From a virus (taxonomy: Duplodnaviria; Caudoviricetes): a DNA stretch of 64,000 nt. This document shows, one piece after another, positions 57,174 through 64,000 of the stretch; the first letter of the stretch is position 1, and each line of letters begins with the position of its first letter. The notes beneath the pieces were generated by a model. It was not told the DNA's origin, made no database searches, and saw only the letters and a program-made list of their open reading frames with translations. The stretch lies in IMG/VR virus record IMGVR_UViG_3300025809_001850. One strand, given 5' to 3'. A program made the position numbers and the translations under genes.

Positions 57174-58399
57174 TGAATTACGATGGAGTAAATAATCCGT
57201 TTATCACTCTGAAGAAGTTATCAGGAGACGATTCAACTGAGTTTAAGGCTAAATTAAATACCAGTCCTCCTTCATTGGCAAACGACACATATATGTCAAA
57301 TAAGAAGAAATCAGAACACGCATTATACTCTGACAATCGTTCCGACAAAATGCGTTCTGATGATGATGAAATTTCATTTGAAAATTATGCAATAACCTTG
57401 ATGGACATTGACAATATTCTATACGAGTATTTTGTTAATGTAATCAATCCACAGGTTGATGATACCGGAGGTGGTATTCTAACCGTTCCAGTTCGTCATG
57501 CTTCACCTGAACGATGGAGTTCAATTTTAAACGATGGAGTTTATCGTGACGATAAAGGACAGGTACAAAAACCTATGATAATTTTTACAAGAACGAGTGT
57601 ATCAAAAGATGATTCGTTTGTGTATTTTAATCGTTATTTATCTGTTCCGTTTGTCAAGAAGTTTGATAAAAAGAATATGTACGACAAGTTTAGTTCGTTG
57701 ACCAACTCAAATCGTCAAGTAGAAGTTCATAATATTACTTTTCCTGATCATGTTATATTGAATTACGATTTCACAATGTCAACTGAGTATGTTCAGCAAA
57801 TGAATTCGTTGGTAGAACGAATAAATTGGGTTAGCAATGATTATTGGGGTGATCCTGCACGATTTAAATTTCGTGCATCGGTTGATTCATTTTCAAATAG
57901 TGTGGAAGTGCCTACGGACGATGACAGAATTGTATCAACCACATTCTCATTAACAGTAAATGCGTATTTGTTACCAGAGGTATTTGATAATACCAAAACA
58001 TCAAAACGAAATCTTACCAATAGAAAAGTTGTATTCGGAACAGAGATTATCTCCGATAAAGCAGTAAACGGATTAGAGTCATCTGGTGACCGAACAAAGT
58101 TCGTATTAAACAGAAAAACACGTGAGTTGTATATTGCAGGAGATATTGGAGATGAAACTGAAATTCGTATATGGAATGATGAAGAATATTATGCGATTTA
58201 TATAAATGATAAAAAGTTTGAAATTGGAATAGATGTAGACGATGACGCAAATGATTTCTTGATGTGGAATAAATCATCCGAGAATGAAATTAAACTGTTT
58301 AAAAATGAAACGGTACACGTGGAAGTTGGTAACAAGAAAGTACTTATAGAAACACACGAACATACTGTTGAAATAATTAAAATAAAATATATAACTTGA
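57173..58399 (+). CDS. Tail terminator/sheath stabiliser (gp15-like) with C-terminal extension
   Basis: VPVRHASPERW, PMIIFTRT, PDHVILNYDF, STTFSLTVNAYLLP. Confidence 0.7.
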   Translation: MNYDGVNNPFITLKKLSGDDSTEFKAKLNTSPPSLANDTYMSNKKKSEHALYSDNRSDKMRSDDDEISFENYAITLMDIDNILYEYFVNVINPQVDDTGGGILTVPVRHASPERWSSILNDGVYRDDKGQVQKPMIIFTRTSVSKDDSFVYFNRYLSVPFVKKFDKKNMYDKFSSLTNSNRQVEVHNITFPDHVILNYDFTMSTEYVQQMNSLVERINWVSNDYWGDPARFKFRASVDSFSNSVEVPTDDDRIVSTTFSLTVNAYLLPEVFDNTKTSKRNLTNRKVVFGTEIISDKAVNGLESSGDRTKFVLNRKTRELYIAGDIGDETEIRIWNDEEYYAIYINDKKFEIGIDVDDDANDFLMWNKSSENEIKLFKNETVHVEVGNKKVLIETHEHTVEIIKIKYIT

Positions 58400-58424
58400 T
58401 TTTTTACTTTTATTAGTGTATTAT
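58396..58424 (+). promoter_or_regulatory. sigma70-type promoter
   Basis: TTGATT 58396-58401, 17 nt, TATTAT 58419-58424; ATG 58432. Confidence 0.6.
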
Positions 58425-58431
58425 TATTTTA

Positions 58432-58713
58432 ATGAAAAATAATCAAGTAGAATTAACTAGTGATGAACTAGCTGAGATTTTATCATTGAACAACGAGTAT
58501 CAAGAAATATTAATAAGTCTTGGCCAAATCAATTTAAGACGAGATTCTATTGAAAAAGAAGAGGCGGCATTAAAAATCACAGAATCAGAACATTACAATT
58601 CGTATGATGAAACTCAAAAGAAAGAAGCAAACTTCAAACAACGTATAGTGCGTAAATACGGAGAAGGTGAAATTAATCTGGAATCAGGTGTTTACACTAA
58701 ATCAAAAAAATAA
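58432..58713 (+). CDS. Small coiled-coil hypothetical protein
   Basis: 93-aa ORF ending KYGEGEINLESGVYT. Confidence 0.75.
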   Translation: MKNNQVELTSDELAEILSLNNEYQEILISLGQINLRRDSIEKEEAALKITESEHYNSYDETQKKEANFKQRIVRKYGEGEINLESGVYTKSKK

Positions 58714-58746
58714 TCATTAAATATACAATTTTCAAATTTTCAAAAC

Positions 58747-58754
58747 ATATTTAT
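58747..58754 (+). promoter_or_regulatory. Putative late promoter of tail sheath
   Basis: ATATTTAT; AAAGGAG SD upstream of ATG 58812. Confidence 0.65.
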
Positions 58755-58811
58755 GATAAAAGTCAAACATTTCCAAAATTCAACCCATAACAACAAAGGA
58801 GACTATATAAG

Positions 58812-61463
58812 ATGGCAGAAAGAATTGTAAGCCCAGCAGTTTTCACCAACGAAATCGATCAAACATTCCTGACACAAGGTATCTCACAAATAGGTGGAGC
58901 AGTTGTTGGACCATTCAAAAAAGGTCCGGCATATGCACCAACGATTGTAAGAACTCACGCAGAACTTGAAGATTTATTTGGTGTTCCCCAAGGAAACTAT
59001 TATCAACCATTCACCGCACGTGAATACTTAACGCACCAAGGTGTTGTTACAATCGTTCGTGTCGGTGCTTTAGGTGGATATAAACAAGACAACGCACTTG
59101 TCATTAAAGCAAAGGTAACAGATGTACCTGCAGATTTAAGTGGATCACTAGGAAGTGGTTCTCTTGGAGTTGCAGTTGGTAACGAAGTTGTTATCGGTGT
59201 TTTGGCAAATACACTTTACGAAGGAGTCACAGATGATTCCGGATTTGAAGGTTCGTCAATCGATAACGACACATCTGTTTTGTATCACGATACAGAAAGT
59301 GTTGATCCAGAAACAGGTGAAACTGTTTCAGTAGGTAATCTCGAAACTACTTTGTATCTTAGAAAAACAGTAAGACTTGCAGATGAGTTCACAGGTGACA
59401 TTATTGAAACTGTTCAAAGTTTGAAAGACGATTATGATTCTGATTATGTTTTTAACATTGATCCTAAAGAACCAGATAGTCTTCAAAACATATTCGGAAG
59501 AGCACCCAAGAAAAACTTGGAACCTGCATATTTCTATACATACTTTGAAAACTCACAAGAAGAAGTTTTCAATAACATCATGAGTGGTGTTAAGTATAAA
59601 ATAGAAGTTGATACTTCAAGTGAAGCAATGGTATTTGAAACACGTGATAGTGTTACAGGTGAACTTGATGATGATCCTTGGAAACCAGGTGAGGCTGCAT
59701 TCAGTTGCAGACCTGCAGAAACTCCTTATATTAAGTCACAAGAAATAAGTGGCAGACGATATGATTTGTTTAAAGTATGGACACGCAACATGGGATCAGA
59801 TGCAAATCGTGAAATTAAGATTGCGATCTATAATGTTAGAACTCCTGGTTCAATCCAAGATTCCGATTACGCAACATTTAGTTTGATGGTTCGTTCGTTT
59901 AACGACAACGATAAATCTCCCGAGATTGTTGAAAATTATGATGGAGTTACACTTGACCCATTAAGTCCTCGTTATCTTCCACGTGTTATCGGTGATCGTT
60001 TTACTACCATCGATTCTAAAGGAAAGATCATTGACTATGGTGATTATGTAAACTCAAGTAACTGGATTCGTATTGAAATGCCAGCAGAAAGTACTGCACC
60101 TGCAAATGCTATGCCTTATGGTCATGCTCCTTATCGTTCACCACTTGGTGGAATTGATGTAGGAACACCTGAGTATAGTTATGCTTCTCAGTATGCACGT
60201 TCACTTGGTAGATTCTTCAATGGTGCAGTTTTCAATCAAACATCACCTGATGGAATTCTTGAACTTCCAAATTCAGGAAGAGATACTTCGGAACTTTTCC
60301 GACCACTTCCTGCGAATCCTGGAGATGCCGGCCGTGGTTTTTACATGGACAGTTCTAAAAATGTAGAATGGAATGCAACTTATGTAGAAGAAGTGGATGG
60401 TGCAACTGATGTATTTGATGTTGATCCAATTCCAACTAATCCATCAACTGCTGACGAATTGCTTGTTGCAAAACTTCGTAGATTTGTTGTTGGATTCCAA
60501 GGTGGATTTGACGGACAATCTCCTGCACATCCAATCGCACTCGGAAAAGACATCACAGAGAATAATGCTCAAGGTCTTGATTGTAGTAGAGAATTCAGTT
60601 CAGGTACAAAGGGATACAAACGTGCGTTTGCAGCTCTTAGTAACCAAGACGAATTTGATATCAATCTTCTTGTAACACCCGGTTTGAGTCTTGATCTTCA
60701 TAGATCAGTTATCAATCGTGGTGTTGATTTGTGCGAACAACGTGAAGATTGTTTCTACATTCTTGATTGTGTAAGTGCAAATAACCAACCCGGTCGTGTA
60801 GATGATGCAGTTCAGCAAGTTGCTACTATTGATAGTAACTATGCCGCTACATACTACCCTTGGGTTAAGATTATTGATCCTGCAACAAACGTATTGCAAC
60901 CATATCCACCATCATCACTTATGATGGCAGTATATGCGGCCAACGATAAAAGTGCGGCTGAATGGTTTGCTCCTGCTGGTTTGAATCGTGGTGGAATTGA
61001 ATCTGCGGTTGCGGTCATGGATCGTCTTAACTTCGCAGAAAGAGATACACTTTACGAAGGTAAGGTTAATCCAATTGCGGCTTTCCCTGGTCAAGGTATT
61101 GTTGCTTTCGGTCAAAAGACCTTACAACGTCGTGCAAGTGCATTAGACAGAGTTAACGTACGTCGTTTGCTTATCACACTTAAAAAGTTCATTGCGAGTT
61201 CTGCAAGATTCTTGCTTTTCGAACAAAATGTGGCATCAACACGTAACCGTTTCCTTAGTATCGTTAATCCATACTTAGAAAACGTTCAACAACGTCATGG
61301 TCTGTATGCATTCCGTGTTATCATGGATGAGTCTAACAACACACCTGATCTCATTGATAGAAATATCCTGTATGGTCAGATATTCCTACAACCTGCACGT
61401 GCAGTTGAATTTATCATTCTTGACTTTAATCTTACACCAACTGGTGCAAGTTTCGAAGCATAA
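58812..61463 (+). CDS. gp18: Tail sheath protein (T4 gp18-like)
   Basis: SPAVFTNEIDQT, AVVGPFKKGP, WFAPAGLNRG, LYEGKVNPI..FPGQG..FGQKTL, RVNVRRL, FEQN. Confidence 0.96.
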   Translation: MAERIVSPAVFTNEIDQTFLTQGISQIGGAVVGPFKKGPAYAPTIVRTHAELEDLFGVPQGNYYQPFTAREYLTHQGVVTIVRVGALGGYKQDNALVIKAKVTDVPADLSGSLGSGSLGVAVGNEVVIGVLANTLYEGVTDDSGFEGSSIDNDTSVLYHDTESVDPETGETVSVGNLETTLYLRKTVRLADEFTGDIIETVQSLKDDYDSDYVFNIDPKEPDSLQNIFGRAPKKNLEPAYFYTYFENSQEEVFNNIMSGVKYKIEVDTSSEAMVFETRDSVTGELDDDPWKPGEAAFSCRPAETPYIKSQEISGRRYDLFKVWTRNMGSDANREIKIAIYNVRTPGSIQDSDYATFSLMVRSFNDNDKSPEIVENYDGVTLDPLSPRYLPRVIGDRFTTIDSKGKIIDYGDYVNSSNWIRIEMPAESTAPANAMPYGHAPYRSPLGGIDVGTPEYSYASQYARSLGRFFNGAVFNQTSPDGILELPNSGRDTSELFRPLPANPGDAGRGFYMDSSKNVEWNATYVEEVDGATDVFDVDPIPTNPSTADELLVAKLRRFVVGFQGGFDGQSPAHPIALGKDITENNAQGLDCSREFSSGTKGYKRAFAALSNQDEFDINLLVTPGLSLDLHRSVINRGVDLCEQREDCFYILDCVSANNQPGRVDDAVQQVATIDSNYAATYYPWVKIIDPATNVLQPYPPSSLMMAVYAANDKSAAEWFAPAGLNRGGIESAVAVMDRLNFAERDTLYEGKVNPIAAFPGQGIVAFGQKTLQRRASALDRVNVRRLLITLKKFIASSARFLLFEQNVASTRNRFLSIVNPYLENVQQRHGLYAFRVIMDESNNTPDLIDRNILYGQIFLQPARAVEFIILDFNLTPTGASFEA

Positions 61464-61485
61464 GAATAATTTAATTCTAAACTTT

Positions 61486-61520
61486 AAAGACCTCTCTGTT
61501 CGCAGAGAGGTCTTTTTTTT
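61486..61520 (+). terminator. Rho-independent terminator after sheath
   Basis: AAAGACCTCTCTG-TTCG-CAGAGAGGTCTTT plus T run. Confidence 0.92.
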
Positions 61521-61530
61521 GTGTTGATAT

Positions 61531-61538
61531 ATATTTAT
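61531..61538 (+). promoter_or_regulatory. Putative late promoter ATATTTAT
   Basis: 5 nt before ATG 61544. Confidence 0.7.
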
Positions 61539-61543
61539 TTAAA

Positions 61544-62248
61544 ATGGAAATCTCACTTACTGATATATTACATGAATTACAATATGAAGAATTTTGTAAA
61601 TTTGTAAAAGAAAATAAACTTGACTCTGATGTATGTACATTGAATGAGTTTGCAATACCTGGTAGATTAAAAAAGATTTGGTCATTTTTGAAAGAATTAA
61701 AAGATATAATCAAGGTTAAGATCATGGACTTGGCAAAATTATTTATGAACAAACTTGTATTTAAGTTCTTCGCAAAAATAAAATTCAGTATGAAGTATTT
61801 ATTTGATCTGGTTAAAAAAGGATTCAAGGCATATAAAGAGGTGATAAAGGCAATAGGAGACTACTTATCCAAAACTAAAGTAGGACGATGGACTGAAGAC
61901 AAACTAAAAGATTTGGATGCGTTCTTGGCAACGCATCCGAAGACTAAAAGAATTGCAGGTATGGCAGTTGCCGGTATATTGATTTATATTTGGTTAAACA
62001 TGACATTCACAGGAAATGCAGATTATGATTTTGATATGGGTGATATGATTCTTGCACTTGGTGGTGGGTTCACATTATCTACTTTATTTGCCGGACCAGA
62101 AGGAATGGCACTATTAACATTATTTGTAACTGGTGTCATCGGATTGTCGTTTCCATGGCCAGGTCCTCAACACTTTCAATTCATAGGAGCCATTGTATAT
62201 GGTTCTGCAAAACTAGTTGGTCAGAAACTAAGAAAAGACAAAACATAA
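61544..62248 (+). CDS. Hypothetical amphipathic/membrane protein between sheath and tube
   Basis: Acidic leader ending TLNE, basic amphipathic helices, then 2-3 hydrophobic segments. Confidence 0.75.
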   Translation: MEISLTDILHELQYEEFCKFVKENKLDSDVCTLNEFAIPGRLKKIWSFLKELKDIIKVKIMDLAKLFMNKLVFKFFAKIKFSMKYLFDLVKKGFKAYKEVIKAIGDYLSKTKVGRWTEDKLKDLDAFLATHPKTKRIAGMAVAGILIYIWLNMTFTGNADYDFDMGDMILALGGGFTLSTLFAGPEGMALLTLFVTGVIGLSFPWPGPQHFQFIGAIVYGSAKLVGQKLRKDKT

Positions 62249-62321
62249 ATAAATATATTTTTTAATTTGGTAACTATTTATACTTGTTGATTGAAAAAAC
62301 AAGTTTTTGAATTTTTAATCA

Positions 62322-62329
62322 ATATTTAT
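62322..62329 (+). promoter_or_regulatory. Putative late promoter of tail tube
   Basis: ATATTTAT; GGAG SD upstream of ATG 62367. Confidence 0.65.
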
Positions 62330-62366
62330 TACTAAAAGTTAATCATTAAACTGGAGAACAACAAAA

Positions 62367-62858
62367 ATGGCACAAGTTATTTCAACCGAAGAAATGTTTT
62401 TTACGGCATTTGAACCGAAAACAGCAAATCGTTTTATCATGTATATGGACGGAGTTCCTGCATATCTTATCAAGAGTGTTACTCGTCCGAATCTTAACAT
62501 TGAAGTTCAGACCCTCGACCACATCAACATCAAAAGAAAATTGAGAGGTGGTAAAGCAGAGTGGCAGGACATTACAATGACACTTTATGATCCAATCGTA
62601 CCAAGTGGCGCACAGGTTGCTATGGAATGGGTACGTCTTTCTCACGAATCAGTTACAGGTAGAAATGGTTATGCCGACTTCTACAAAAAAGACCTTGTTA
62701 TTAATACTCTCGGTCCTGTAGGTGATTTAGTTGAAGAATGGACAATCAAGGGTGCTTGGTGTCAAGCAACCAACATGGGAACACTTGATTGGTCAACCAG
62801 TGAATTTATGACTGTTGAACTTACCGTGTCTTACGACTACGCAATTCTTCAATACTAA
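62367..62858 (+). CDS. gp19: Tail tube protein (T4 gp19-like)
   Basis: FEPKTANRF, AEWQDITMTLYDP, LGPVGDLVEEWTIKGAW..LDWS..ELTVSYD. Confidence 0.93.
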   Translation: MAQVISTEEMFFTAFEPKTANRFIMYMDGVPAYLIKSVTRPNLNIEVQTLDHINIKRKLRGGKAEWQDITMTLYDPIVPSGAQVAMEWVRLSHESVTGRNGYADFYKKDLVINTLGPVGDLVEEWTIKGAWCQATNMGTLDWSTSEFMTVELTVSYDYAILQY

Positions 62859-62884
62859 TTTTTACATAATATTCAGTTTAATTT

Positions 62885-62918
62885 AAAAAAAACTCCCTTC
62901 TCGGGAGTTTTTTTTTTT
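62885..62918 (+). terminator. Rho-independent terminator after tube
   Basis: AAAAAAAACTCCC-ttctc-GGGAGTTTTTTTT. Confidence 0.9.
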
Positions 62919-62926
62919 CGACATAT

Positions 62927-62934
62927 ATATTTAT
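62927..62934 (+). promoter_or_regulatory. Putative late promoter ATATTTAT
   Basis: 7 nt before ATG 62942. Confidence 0.7.
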
Positions 62935-62941
62935 TGATACA

Positions 62942-63283
62942 ATGAATTCTGAAAAACTAAAAACACAAGTCCTTGATATATTTGAGGAAATTAAACACGA
63001 TAGGCAAGGTGAACTCCAACTTGAGGGATTAAGTGGTGCGTATTCTAAACTAGCAAAGTTTCTGTTAAATCAAGTAAAGGCAGGTAAATTTCTAAGAAAT
63101 TATGATATTGATACGGATAGTGGAAGATTTATGTTTCAAACAGGAAGTGGAAAAAAGATTGTGTTTAACGACATGAAACTTGGTGTTACACTAAATAAGA
63201 CATGGAAGGGTAAAAAGGATAGTGAGTTTTTCAGTTACGGTGATCATAAGAAAATATTAAGTTTTGCTTTAGCAGACATTTAA
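62942..63283 (+). CDS. Hypothetical protein with capsid-leader-like N-terminus
   Basis: MNSEKLKTQVLDIFEE...LQLE|G. Confidence 0.7.
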   Translation: MNSEKLKTQVLDIFEEIKHDRQGELQLEGLSGAYSKLAKFLLNQVKAGKFLRNYDIDTDSGRFMFQTGSGKKIVFNDMKLGVTLNKTWKGKKDSEFFSYGDHKKILSFALADI

Positions 63284-63383
63284 TATACTGAAAAACATTC
63301 TATTTTCCCCAAAAAGTTTTTTCTTGTATATGTATATATATTAGTATATATTATTACTAATATCTTAATTAAAGGTTACAATT

Positions 63384-64000
63384 ATGAATGAAAATGAATC
63401 AGTAGATATGCCTCCTGAGGTAAAACAAGCATTACAACGTGATGCAAACGAACAACGTGCGACTAATCAAAGTGTTAAAAACGAAACAAGTACGCAATCA
63501 ACGCAGTCGCAACCAAATCCTGCGTTTTCTCAAGCAACAGATACTCCCAAGAAATTTGAGTTTCCAAGTGAGGTAGTTGATCTACCGAGTCAAGGTCACT
63601 TTTACGATCCAACCTCTCCGTTGGCAAATGGAAAAATTGATATTAAATACATGACTGCACGTGAGGAAGATATTCTTACAAGTCAAAATCTTATCAAAAA
63701 GGGTGTAGTTTTAGACAAGTTGCTTGAAGCACTTATCGTTACTCCTGGTGCACAACTTGATGATATTTTGGTCGGAGATAAAAATGCTATTTTTGTGGCA
63801 GCTCGTATTCTTGCGTATGGAAAAGACTATAAAGTAAAATTTAAAGACCCATCAAACAATGAAGATGTTGAAGACACTATTGATTTGTCACAAATAGAAC
63901 CAAAAGAATTTGATTTTGAAAAGTATGATCGTGGAAGCAATATGTTTTCGTTTGAACTTCCTTTTAGTAAAAAGAATATTCATTGGAGTTTGCTAACACA
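63384..64000 (+). CDS. Baseplate hub assembly protein (gp26-like), 3'-truncated
   Basis: Read manually: FPSEVVDLPSQGHFY..IKYMTAREEDIL..DKLLEAL..LVGDKNAIFVAARILAYG; runs off the window. Confidence 0.8.
   Translation, partial: MNENESVDMPPEVKQALQRDANEQRATNQSVKNETSTQSTQSQPNPAFSQATDTPKKFEFPSEVVDLPSQGHFYDPTSPLANGKIDIKYMTAREEDILTSQNLIKKGVVLDKLLEALIVTPGAQLDDILVGDKNAIFVAARILAYGKDYKVKFKDPSNNEDVEDTIDLSQIEPKEFDFEKYDRGSNMFSFELPFSKKNIHWSLLT

Noticed and set aside
1-64000. Stop-codon reassignment, as in some large phages
   Set aside because: Core genes and the 9.3-kb ORF are intact in code 11; TAG and TGA end genes at sensible positions.
1-64000. tRNA, rRNA, transposase, integrase or intein in terminase/capsid genes
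   Set aside because: Intergenic gaps are short and explained by promoters/terminators; no cloverleaf or such motifs seen by eye (tRNAscan-SE would be decisive).

Overview
A 64-kb, AT-rich segment of a large T4-superfamily-type myovirus (Caudoviricetes) genome. All credible genes are on the + strand and densely packed. Order: HD phosphohydrolase, Hsp20, membrane protein with a frameshifted Pro/Thr tail, gp55-like late sigma factor; baseplate and tail-appendage block (gp5-like spike, gp25, gp6, 3106-aa gp7-like giant, LamG, FG-GAP propeller/dockerin-like protein); replication-recombination island (RuvC-like resolvase, primase, split Mre11/SbcD plus Rad50/SbcC with a GT9-like glycosyltransferase between the halves); P-loop kinase and nucleotidyltransferase/ligase-like cassette; terminase, portal, prohead protease, scaffold, major capsid; neck, sheath, tube and a partial gp26-like gene. 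Two promoter classes are readable: host sigma70-type TTGACA-17-TAnnnT, and about 17 copies of an intergenic ATATTTAT motif (putative late promoter). Both often lie 4-7 nt from the start codon, suggesting leaderless mRNAs. The best candidates for an undescribed system are (i) proteins sharing a capsid-targeting-like leader and [ILVM]-x-E protease sites that would release a kinase, a HIGH-type nucleotidyltransferase, a ligase-fold adenylyltransferase and a membrane-inserting protein, and (ii) the naturally split nuclease. No tRNA, rRNA, CRISPR array or transposase was found. Family calls come from motif recognition by eye, not database searches.
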